From IMG/VR virus record IMGVR_UViG_3300037420_001231, positions 1-63,968 of that record: a stretch of DNA of 63,968 bases; one strand, given 5' to 3'. This DNA is from a virus (lineage: Duplodnaviria > Caudoviricetes). The translations under genes were made by a program, and so were the position numbers. The notes under the pieces were generated by a model that was not told the DNA's origin, did no database searches, and saw only the letters and a program-made list of their open reading frames with translations. Shown piece by piece: positions 28,190 to 35,808 of this stretch (position 1 is its first letter; every line of letters starts with the position of its first letter).

Positions 28190-28429
28190 CTAATGCGCGA
28201 CCGCGATAACCACGCCCAACACCGCCACGGCACCCGCGAGCATCGCGCCCAAGCGCAGCGTCATGGAGTGCACCGCGTTCGTTACATCGTTCTTCGTGGC
28301 TACGTTGCTCATGGCAATGTCCCGAATAGCATAAGTGACGGCCGCCGCCTGTCCCTCATCGAAGCCCGCCGTGCGCAGCTTGGAAGCGAAGGCGTGGGTG
28401 TCAAACTCAATGCGTGCCTCAATCATCAT
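28190..28429 (-). CDS. DUF1640/CCDC90-like coiled-coil membrane-anchored protein
   Basis: FDTHAF...L..AGF...QA.A, VATK.D, C-terminal TM. Confidence 0.75.
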   Translation of the reverse strand: MMIEARIEFDTHAFASKLRTAGFDEGQAAAVTYAIRDIAMSNVATKNDVTNAVHSMTLRLGAMLAGAVAVLGVVIAVAH

Positions 28430-28476
28430 GTTCCCTATCTCCCGAATCGGTGGGCCGTTGGCCCTTGGGTGTTCCT

Positions 28477-28505
28477 CTTAGAGCCGGTTTTTTGCCGGGT
28501 GTCAA
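28477..28505 (-). promoter_or_regulatory. Early promoter overlapping the integrase stop codon
   Basis: TTGACA-CCCGGCAAAAAACCGGC-TCTAAG. Confidence 0.75.
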
Positions 28506-29677
28506 GCGCCGGTGACGAACGCCGCCCACGCCTCCATGAGTTCCCGCCGCTTGGCGAGCGCGGTGCCGCGCCTATAGGCGCGTTCAACCTCGCTCCCAAC
28601 TTCGTGCGCGAGCGCCATTTCAATGATGTCCCGCGGGAAGTCTGTGCGGTCCCCAGCCCAATCGCGGAAGGTGGAGCGGAAGCCGTGGACGGTGAACTCA
28701 TCGCACTCCATCCGCCGGAGGGTCATTTCCATCGCCATGCCGCTCAGCGGCTCGCCGTCCCGATTGGGGAACACCGGCGCCTCCGGCTTCGTGCCGAACA
28801 TGGCCATGGCGCGGAGGACCGCAAGCGCGGGCTCGCTTAGCGGGACAACGTGCTCTTTGCCCATCTTCATCCGTTCGGCCGGGACCGTCCAAAGCCGGGC
28901 CTCCATGTCCACTTCGCCCCACGTCATCTTGAGCACTTCCGTGGTGCGCGCGGCGGTGAGGATAAGGAACTCCAAGGCCCGTGCCGCCGTGCTCACGCGC
29001 GAGCGGAGCCCGGGCACGAAGTCCGGCACTTGGTCCGCGGGCATGGCCGGATGATGGCGCACGGACGCCTCCCCGCGTTTCTTCTTCGGCATGACCAACT
29101 CAATGTGGCCGCGCCAGCGCGCCGGGTTGTCGCCGGTGCGGTGGCCCTTCACCTTCGCCGCGTCCAACACCTTCTCAATCCGGCCGCGGAGCCGCATGGC
29201 CGTTTCACGCTTCTCCGTCCACATCGGCCGGATGATGTCCACGATGTCCGTGGTGGTGATGGTGGCCACCGGCCGGTTCCAAATCGGAGCGCAATAGGTT
29301 TCGAGCGTTTGGCGCCATTGCCACTTGTGCTTGTCGTTCTTCCACCCGGGCTCAAGTTCCGCGATGAGCGCGGTGGCCATCGTGCCGAAGCTGGGGTTGT
29401 CGGCCGGGATGTCGCGGTGCTCCATGGGGTCCTTGCCCTCATCAATGAGCGTGCGGAGCATCGCCGCCTTGTCCCGGGCGGCGCTGAGCGTCACGGTGCC
29501 GATGGACCCCAAGCCCTTCTCCCGGCGCTTGCCGCCGTAGTGATAGCGGAAGAGCCACGATTTGGTCCCCGCCTTCGTCACGATGAGGTAGAGGCCGCCG
29601 CCGTCCGCGTGGCGCCCCGGCGTCTTGATGGTGTCCACCTTGCGGGCGGACAGTTGGTTGAGGACCTTGACGCGCAT
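28502..29677 (-). CDS. int: P4-family tyrosine integrase
   Basis: DGGGLYL arm-binding domain; R (TAARTTE), HGFR, LAH, AY catalytic residues. Confidence 0.95.
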   Translation of the reverse strand: MRVKVLNQLSARKVDTIKTPGRHADGGGLYLIVTKAGTKSWLFRYHYGGKRREKGLGSIGTVTLSAARDKAAMLRTLIDEGKDPMEHRDIPADNPSFGTMATALIAELEPGWKNDKHKWQWRQTLETYCAPIWNRPVATITTTDIVDIIRPMWTEKRETAMRLRGRIEKVLDAAKVKGHRTGDNPARWRGHIELVMPKKKRGEASVRHHPAMPADQVPDFVPGLRSRVSTAARALEFLILTAARTTEVLKMTWGEVDMEARLWTVPAERMKMGKEHVVPLSEPALAVLRAMAMFGTKPEAPVFPNRDGEPLSGMAMEMTLRRMECDEFTVHGFRSTFRDWAGDRTDFPRDIIEMALAHEVGSEVERAYRRGTALAKRRELMEAWAAFVTGA

Positions 29678-29901
29678 TAGGCGGCCTCCGCCATTGCGGC
29701 TTCGCCCGCCGAGTTCGGCCGGACGGTCCACTCTGTTTCGCCTTGCTCAAAGTCCGCGAGGCCCTTGGCCACGAGCGCCCGCAGAGTCCGCGTTTGCGGC
29801 CACTCCCGCGCCCTTCCGTGCATGTTCATGTTCGGAACGGTGAGTCCTCCGTTGCTTTTGAGCCACCGGAGGGCGGCCATTTGAGCCTTGGAAACACGCA
29901 T
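29677..29901 (-). CDS. Hypothetical protein
   Basis: TAATG coupling to int. Confidence 0.55.
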   Translation of the reverse strand: MRVSKAQMAALRWLKSNGGLTVPNMNMHGRAREWPQTRTLRALVAKGLADFEQGETEWTVRPNSAGEAAMAEAA

Positions 29902-29958
29902 GCGGACACCCTGCTAATTGCCGGTCCTTGGCACCTATAGGGGGGTTGGCTTTTCGTC

Positions 29959-30169
29959 AATCCCCCTCACCATCCCCCTACATGACGGAAATTGCGTGGC
30001 ATCCGGTGGCATCGTCCGGCACAAGATGAATGGATTTTCCTATGTGCGCCGGTAACTTAGGCGCTTTCTGGCAACGGTTGGCAACGGATAATGGTGGAGA
30101 GGGCTTCCGTCGAACTCTCCGAGAGGAAAACCGTTAAATCGGCTTTCCAATCCCCCTGCCAATCCCCCT
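29959..30169. other. Putative attP: tRNA 3'-end-like core flanked by arm-type repeats
   Basis: Core at 30092-30120 reads GGAGAGTTCGACGGAAGCCCTCTCCACCA on the minus strand; (A/C)ATCCCCCT pairs at 29959/29971 and 30149/30161, both with 12-bp period; adjacent to int. Confidence 0.7.
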
Positions 30170-30394
30170 CCGCGACATTGCTTGAAACCCTCTAAATGGA
30201 TGACCCCGCCGCGGCTCAAAGGGGAGGGGAAGGCCGGGGCGGGGTCAAAGCTATCTGATGAATCTCTTGAGGTTTAAGTGAGGCCGAAGCCTTTAGCGGT
30301 CCAGCATAACATCCTCCATCGTTAGCGTTGGCGGGCCACACCGGCCTCAACGTGCCGGTGCCGTCGCTCCCGCCGGAGCCGAATCGATTAACGG

Positions 30395-30423
30395 AAGATG
30401 CGCCGGAACCGTAACGGAGTCAA
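30395..30423 (-). promoter_or_regulatory. Promoter for short transcript / minigene
   Basis: TTGACT-17bp-CATCTT overlapped by TCCGTT sites. Confidence 0.55.
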
Positions 30424-30434
30424 CGGACCATGAA

Positions 30435-30930
30435 ATGGGGCGCCGCGAGCGTTACAGTCCCCGAGCCCCGCGGCGCCCCGGTGCGGCCTCGCGCGCGGCC
30501 GCTAAAAGATGAGGGGGAATTGCCGCCGTGTCCGCACCGCGTCAACTCCCCCGTGCCCGCCTAACCAAACCTTCGGGCAAGTCTCGTGAGAGGTGCGGGC
30601 GCTCTACCGGACTGAGCTACCGGGCCGAAGCCGCCCGGGCCGGATTTGAACCGGCGACCTCCCGAATGGTGGCGCGCGTCCTGACTGCGCTACCGCGGCA
30701 AGCCGCGGGCCGGATTCGAACCGGCGTCCTCCACCTCTCATGGGCACGCTCGCGCGTGCCGAACTGCATTTTCCGGCCGGGAGAGTCGGCGGTGAAGCCT
30801 TGCCATCCCGGCCGGATGTCGGCCGCCGGAACACATCCCGGCGTTTGCCTTGGCGATACCCTTGCGGGGCCGGGGTCGAATCCCCTTCGTTCCAAGTTCT
30901 CCGCCTCCCCGCGGTGGTGGGGAAGCCAAC
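30435..30930 (-). ncRNA. Large structured ncRNA containing two circularly permuted tRNA-like domains (YrlA-like topology)
   Basis: Own promoter, continuous hairpins, two T-arm/capped acceptor/D-arm cloverleafs, 3' 11-bp stem followed by ATTT; no credible ORF. Confidence 0.7.
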
Positions 30931-30937
30931 CCGAATC

Positions 30938-30966
30938 GCCCTAACGGACGGCCGGTGTGCTGTCAA
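30938..30966 (-). promoter_or_regulatory. Promoter of the structured ncRNA
   Basis: TTGACA-17bp-TAGGGC, flanked by TCCGTT sites; similar to the promoter upstream of dnaN. Confidence 0.6.
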
Positions 30967-31071
30967 CGGATTAACGGATGTGCCACCGGCGCAACCCACG
31001 CTAAGAAGCTGGCCAGCCGTGCCCGCTGAGCGGGGGGATTACGCACGCCCCGCCGCGCCGGTGCCCTTCCG

Positions 31072-31257
31072 CTATGCTCCCGGCTTGGGAGCGGCAATAG
31101 CCCGGTGCAATGGCCCACGCCTCCGTAACGATTGGCGCCGGACCTCGTGCTTGAGCCCGCACCGGCACCGCCAGCGCCAAAGCCGCGAGACGCGGCCGCA
31201 CCAAAGCAACTCGCGCCGCCGGAGCCGGTGGCCCAGCAAGGCGCAAAGCCACTTCAC
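31072..31257 (-). CDS. DUF1660-like small protein
   Basis: WLCALLGH...RC.CG; GTGA coupling. Confidence 0.5.
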   Translation of the reverse strand: MKWLCALLGHRLRRRELLWCGRVSRLWRWRCRCGLKHEVRRQSLRRRGPLHRAIAAPKPGA

Positions 31258-32891
31258 GCGCGCCACTTCCCGTCAATGAACGTCACGAGCGTGCGCCGGG
31301 CGTTCGGATAGGTGACGATTTGGGTGTGCGACCAACCGGAGGGGCCGGAATTGTAGCCTTGGTCCATGAGCCCGCAAAGCCCGGCCGTATAGACGCCATC
31401 AAGGATGCTCGCGCTATGGGCGTGCCCGATGTTCATGCGGGTGGCCACGCGGGTGAGCGCGAGCGCGGAGCCGCGGGCGCCGTTCGGGCCTTCGTCACCG
31501 TGCATGCCAATCTCAATGCCGCCCGCCGCCCGGCACACCACATAGGAGCCGTTGCGCGGCACGAAGGTGACGCGCCGCATGCGCTCGGGCTCTTGCTGGG
31601 CAACAGCGTGGCGGAACGGGTCAAAGTGCCGCTCACCGCGCTCAATGGCCCGATAGACGGCCGTTTGCAGTTCGCACCAATAGCGGGCGTTGAGCGGGTC
31701 ATGGCGCACCGGGTCCGCCTCGCGGAGCCACCGGGTGAGCGCGTCGTGGTGGTTGGACGCGGCCACAACGGATTCGCAGTCCTCAACTTCGCTCATCGCG
31801 CCGAGGAAGCGCGCCGCGCCGATGACGCCAGCCTCCACGCCGTCCCGGCCGCTCACGAGCATTTCATAGGCGAAGTGCGGGTCCGCGCGCCGGTGGTGGT
31901 TGCGCGCTTGGAAGTCCAACACGTCATGCCACGCGATGGAGCGCGGCCGGAGCGCGTGGATGAGCGAGTCCGCGCTAACGATGCGCTGGCGCGCGAGGTC
32001 ATAGCCGAACGCCTTGAGGAAGATGAGCGGGTCGCCCTTTTCAATGTGGAGGTCCCCGGCCGTCATGGATTCGATGCGGTGGCCGCGGGTCACAACCCCG
32101 TTGCTCACCACGGCGTCCAAGTCTTGGAAGCTACCGTCCGGCCCAGCGCCAAGCTGGCGGCAAAACACGCGGTCCGCTCCGTCCACCTCAACGATGACGG
32201 CGCCGATTTGGTGGTGGAACTCCGCCTTGAGCCCGGCCTTCTTCTCAATGTAGTTTGGGAGCGTCACGGCGCCGGTGGTCATGACCATCGCCGGATGGCG
32301 CCCCGGGAGCGAGGGCACGCTCACCAACTGGACCTTCGCGTGCGGGAACACCGCCCACGAGCCCCGGCTGTAGGTTTCCAACCCGCTCAGCGGCCGGACG
32401 GCCGTGGGGAGGATGTTCATTTTGGCGGCGAAGAGTAGCGGGCCGCACCACTCATTTTCGTGCGTGAGGTAGGGCCGCACGGCTTCCGCGAAGAAGCCGG
32501 TGCGCGTGGCGTGGTCCTCAAAGAGGCCCTTTTGATAGGTGAAGCCCGCCACCTTCACTTCGGCGCCAATGTCCGCCGCGTAGGCGAGCAAGTTGCCGAA
32601 GAAGCGCATGTCCACCGGCGTTTCGTCTTGGGCGGCGGTGAGGATGAAGCGAAGCGTGCCGGACCGCGGCCGGGCTGTTACCGGCGGGAGGTTGGCGGCA
32701 GATTTGGACCGGGCGGCGGCGGCGTGCTTCTCCCGAACGGCCGCAAGCGTGTTGCCAATCGTTCCGTGGGAGCGGCCTAGCGCCCGGGCGGCGGCGCTTA
32801 CGCCACCGTGCTCAATTACAGCGTCAATGATTTCCGCTTGGCGCGCCGTAGCAAACCGCTTCAACGCGGGGTCAATGGCTGGCGTTTTCAT
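31254..32891 (-). CDS. T5 A1-like metallophosphoesterase with N-terminal HTH
   Basis: ILTAAQ, NILPTAV.PLSGL, MTTGAVT..NYI.KKAG.KAEFHH, GDLH, HDVLD, SNHH, MHGD.G.NG.RGS, GHAH motifs. Confidence 0.8.
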   Translation of the reverse strand: MKTPAIDPALKRFATARQAEIIDAVIEHGGVSAAARALGRSHGTIGNTLAAVREKHAAAARSKSAANLPPVTARPRSGTLRFILTAAQDETPVDMRFFGNLLAYAADIGAEVKVAGFTYQKGLFEDHATRTGFFAEAVRPYLTHENEWCGPLLFAAKMNILPTAVRPLSGLETYSRGSWAVFPHAKVQLVSVPSLPGRHPAMVMTTGAVTLPNYIEKKAGLKAEFHHQIGAVIVEVDGADRVFCRQLGAGPDGSFQDLDAVVSNGVVTRGHRIESMTAGDLHIEKGDPLIFLKAFGYDLARQRIVSADSLIHALRPRSIAWHDVLDFQARNHHRRADPHFAYEMLVSGRDGVEAGVIGAARFLGAMSEVEDCESVVAASNHHDALTRWLREADPVRHDPLNARYWCELQTAVYRAIERGERHFDPFRHAVAQQEPERMRRVTFVPRNGSYVVCRAAGGIEIGMHGDEGPNGARGSALALTRVATRMNIGHAHSASILDGVYTAGLCGLMDQGYNSGPSGWSHTQIVTYPNARRTLVTFIDGKWRA

Positions 32892-32966
32892 GGGCCTCCG
32901 GGGTGGCTTCGGATGCCGCGACCGTGGGCCGGATGTGTCCGGCCGAAGAGGCCGGTTCACTGTCCG

Positions 32967-33257
32967 TTATGGGGCCGGAGGGGTAGGGTGGAATAGCCTT
33001 TCAAGGCGGTCGCCAACGGCTTTGATGCTGTCCGTAAGGCGCCGCTCCAACTCCGCCAAGTTGGTGTGCGAAACGTAGGTTTCCGCAACGTGCACCTTAT
33101 AGTTGGCGAGTTCGGCCTTGGCCGCGTCCGCCGACTCCTTGGCGTCCTTCGCCAGCTTGAGGGCTTCCTCGCCCTTGTTGATGCGGATGGCCCATGCGGC
33201 CACCGTTCCGATGAGGGCGAGCGCGAGCCCGCCCGCTGTAACGACTCCCGGCTCCAT
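32967..33257 (-). CDS. Membrane-anchored coiled-coil protein (lysis region)
   Basis: N-terminal TM plus coiled coil. Confidence 0.6.
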   Translation of the reverse strand: MEPGVVTAGGLALALIGTVAAWAIRINKGEEALKLAKDAKESADAAKAELANYKVHVAETYVSHTNLAELERRLTDSIKAVGDRLERLFHPTPPAP

Positions 33258-33571
33258 CACTTCACAGTCCCGCCGCATCCGGTGACAGCGCCCTTGAGGC
33301 GTTCAATGTCCGCCGCGCGTTCGTCCCGGCCGGTGAGAAGGTCCACCGCTTGTTCCCAAATGTCGGAAGTGAACTCCGCGAGCCCATCCGAATAGGAGTC
33401 GTGCACGTCCACCTCAGCCTTGCACGGCACGGGCACGGGCACCTTCACCTCAACCGTCTGGACGGCGGGCTCGGGCTTCGGGCCATGAGCGCATGCGCCC
33501 ACGGTGGCGATGAGGCCGATGGCCGCGCCAAGCTTGAGGATGAATCCTCCGAATCCTTCAAAACGCTTCAC
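33257..33571 (-). CDS. o-spanin lipoprotein
   Basis: VGAC lipobox; VEVKVPVPVPC; follows i-spanin. Confidence 0.7.
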   Translation of the reverse strand: MKRFEGFGGFILKLGAAIGLIATVGACAHGPKPEPAVQTVEVKVPVPVPCKAEVDVHDSYSDGLAEFTSDIWEQAVDLLTGRDERAADIERLKGAVTGCGGTVK

Positions 33572-33990
33572 TTGGCATGCTCCCCGGCGAGAGTGGTGCG
33601 GATAAGCTGAGAGGCCGCGGCGCAACGGTCCGCGCCCGGAGGCGGCGGTGCCAGCTTGCCGAGCGCCTTGGCGTTGTTGTCCAGCGCTGAGGCGGCAACT
33701 TCGGCGGCCGCCTGTCCGGCCTTGGCGCTCGCGGCCGACGCCTGTGCCGCCGCCGCAAGGCCGTCCACGGCCGCGTTTTGCGTGACCACGGCCGCCTTGA
33801 GCGTGGCGTTGTTCGCCTTGAGGATGCCGTTGTTGGTGGTGAGGTCCGTGACGCGCGTTTCCAGCTTCGCGCTATAGCGCTTCTCGAAATAGAGACTTGC
33901 GCCCAGCGTTACGTTGCCGATGAGCGAAAGCGCGGCGATAGCGATGGCCAGCGGGGCCACGAACGGCTTGAGAAGCCAACTAGGCAGCAT
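33568..33990 (-). CDS. i-spanin
   Basis: N-terminal TM, Ala-rich coiled coil with QNAAV, C-terminal Cys. Confidence 0.7.
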   Translation of the reverse strand: MLPSWLLKPFVAPLAIAIAALSLIGNVTLGASLYFEKRYSAKLETRVTDLTTNNGILKANNATLKAAVVTQNAAVDGLAAAAQASAASAKAGQAAAEVAASALDNNAKALGKLAPPPPGADRCAAASQLIRTTLAGEHAK

Positions 33991-34570
33991 AAGGAAGCCT
34001 TCCGGTGATGCAGATGAACTTCTCCCGGTTCCGGCGCGCCTTGAGGGCGGGGAGGTGGCGTCCGCCCGCCTTGTCATAGAGCGGGAAGCGGGAGCACCCG
34101 CCGGGATAATCGTGCGCGTTGAAGCGCGCGCGGATGCTTGAGCGGCAATAGGCGGGCCAGCCGATGTTATGCGCGAGCAACGCGGACGCGACCTTGGGGC
34201 CATCGTGCCCCTCAAGCCCCGGCGTGCACGCCATGACGTGGCTGGCGGAGTCCACGAGTTCGGCCTCAAGCATCGCGTCACACTGAGCCTCAGTGAAGCG
34301 TTCGTTGCCCTTGAGCGGCTTGCCGTCCGGGCCGCGGGTGAGCCCGTCGCACGCGGTGTTGATGCCGAGCACGTCCTTGTAGGCGGCGAGATACTGGCGG
34401 CCGGAAATGTGCTTGAGCGCAACGTGGCCGTCCGCCGTCACCGTGGCGTGGACGGTGCGGCCGCTTTCCTCACGCGGCACGGCCGTCATGAGCATCGCCG
34501 CGGCGCCCGCGCCAAGGATGGCCACGAGCGTCTTTTTGGGCGCCTTCGGGGTGGGCGGGTTACTGGCCAT
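33980..34570 (-). CDS. SAR endolysin, GH24 lysozyme
   Basis: Gly/Ala-rich N-terminal segment then E; AY.D..G..T.C.G.T, HNIG, S, L..RR..E...C. Confidence 0.85.
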   Translation of the reverse strand: MASNPPTPKAPKKTLVAILGAGAAAMLMTAVPREESGRTVHATVTADGHVALKHISGRQYLAAYKDVLGINTACDGLTRGPDGKPLKGNERFTEAQCDAMLEAELVDSASHVMACTPGLEGHDGPKVASALLAHNIGWPAYCRSSIRARFNAHDYPGGCSRFPLYDKAGGRHLPALKARRNREKFICITGRLPYAA

Positions 34571-34820
34571 TGCTCGCGGCGCTCGCCGGGTGGTCCGGCT
34601 GCGCAATCATGCGTGCGGCAACACCGCCGATGAGGATGATGAGCCCGAGCGCATAAGGCATCTTGGCGCGCATTTCCGGCGGGAGCGCGTTAAGAAGCGG
34701 GAGCGCGGCCTCATTGATGGCCATGAGGTAGGTGGCCAGCCCCGTCATGAGGACGTGGACCTTGACGGAGTGAAGCCCGAGGGCGTCCCGAACGGACATG
34801 ACAAAGCGCGGCTTTTTCAT
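34560..34820 (-). CDS. Putative holin
   Basis: Two TM segments ending ARMIAQP; overlaps endolysin start. Confidence 0.65.
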   Translation of the reverse strand: MKKPRFVMSVRDALGLHSVKVHVLMTGLATYLMAINEAALPLLNALPPEMRAKMPYALGLIILIGGVAARMIAQPDHPASAASNGQ

Positions 34821-35009
34821 GCCGCAACAATGCCCGTTTCAGTTCCCTAACGCGGGGCCGGTTCGGTAGCCGGTGGAAGAAAGTAGCGAGGGCCGGGGCC
34901 GCGGTGGTCGCGCCTAGTGGGTCACAGTGCCAAAAAGCTTGTGGCGCCTCCGGCTGGCCCTCGCATGCCCTTGATGGACGCCCCCGGCCGGTCCGGGGAG
35001 GCGGGTTGA

Positions 35010-35639
35010 GTGGCGCTGGCGCGATATGCTAGGCGCCGATTCGTGCATGTTGGCGTTCAAATAGGTTGCGGCGTTGCCGCGCTGGCGGCGATTGGTGCGG
35101 GCGTGTGGCACTTGGACAAGCCCTCGCCCGCCGAACTCCGTGTCCAAATCCTCCGCGATGCGCCAACCGCACCAAAGGGCGGCGTCCTCCTGATTGGCGA
35201 CAGCATCACGGAGGCTGAGCACATTGACATCTTGTGCGGGCTCCCGGTGTTCAACGCCGGGATTGCCGGGACCACGATTGAAGATTGGAGGGGGCTCGCG
35301 CCCTACTTAGTCCAACAGTTGAAGCCCAAAATCGTGGTCTATGCCCTTGGGGTGAACAACGCGGCCAACAAGCGGCCCTTCGACATCGCAAAGTGGAGCG
35401 CCAGCTACCGCGCCTTACGCGCGCCCGGCTCCTACATCATGGGCGTTTGGCCGATTGAGCCACAGAAGAATCCGGCCTTTTCAGCGGAGCGCGTGCGGGA
35501 AATGAACGCGCAACTTTCCGGCGAGCGCGGCTATATCAAGCCGCCGTCGACTCCGATGACGTGGGATGGCGTGCACCTCACTTGGGCGGGAAGAAGCAAA
35601 TGGGCGGAAACGCTCCGCTCTATTTGTCCGGCTCAGTAA
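35010..35639 (+). CDS. SGNH/GDSL hydrolase with N-terminal membrane anchor (moron)
   Basis: IGDSIT, NAGIAG, LGVNN, DGVH blocks; opposite strand to the late genes. Confidence 0.85.
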   Translation: MALARYARRRFVHVGVQIGCGVAALAAIGAGVWHLDKPSPAELRVQILRDAPTAPKGGVLLIGDSITEAEHIDILCGLPVFNAGIAGTTIEDWRGLAPYLVQQLKPKIVVYALGVNNAANKRPFDIAKWSASYRALRAPGSYIMGVWPIEPQKNPAFSAERVREMNAQLSGERGYIKPPSTPMTWDGVHLTWAGRSKWAETLRSICPAQ

Positions 35640-35808
35640 CAGCCTCTTCCGCCTCAGCCTCCGCCAATTCCGCCTCAGCCTTGGCTTGCGCGGCCGCCTC
35701 AAGGCACGAAGCGCAATCGGCCTCCGATTCCTCATAGGTCATCGGAATGTGCGAAGCGTCCAGCCCGCAATAGGCGGTGTGATAGTCGCGGTGGAGGTGG
35801 CGCGCCAT
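35620..35808 (-). CDS. Small hypothetical protein
   Basis: TAATG coupling to tail fibre gene. Confidence 0.55.
   Translation of the reverse strand: MARHLHRDYHTAYCGLDASHIPMTYEESEADCASCLEAAAQAKAEAELAEAEAEEAVTEPDK

Noticed and set aside
1675-28464. N4-type virion RNA polymerase hairpin promoters as the explanation for the triloop motif
   Set aside because: No phage RNA polymerase is encoded, and most of the hairpins lie downstream of sigma70-type promoters
30630-30699. A conventional linear tRNA formed from the D-arm of module 1 and the T-arm of module 2
   Set aside because: The anticodon arm is only 12 nt and unpaired, the acceptor strands mismatch, and there is no CCA; the permuted pairings are near-perfect instead
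30840-30900. tmRNA 5' end suggested by GGATTCGAC
   Set aside because: No GGGG acceptor with a G3-U70 pair, no tag ORF and no CCA end; the motif forms a local hairpin
30528-30999. ORFs of 60-140 aa overlapping the ncRNA region
   Set aside because: No RBS or coupling; translations look like typical tRNA shadow ORFs (AGFEPATS, VAGSNPA)
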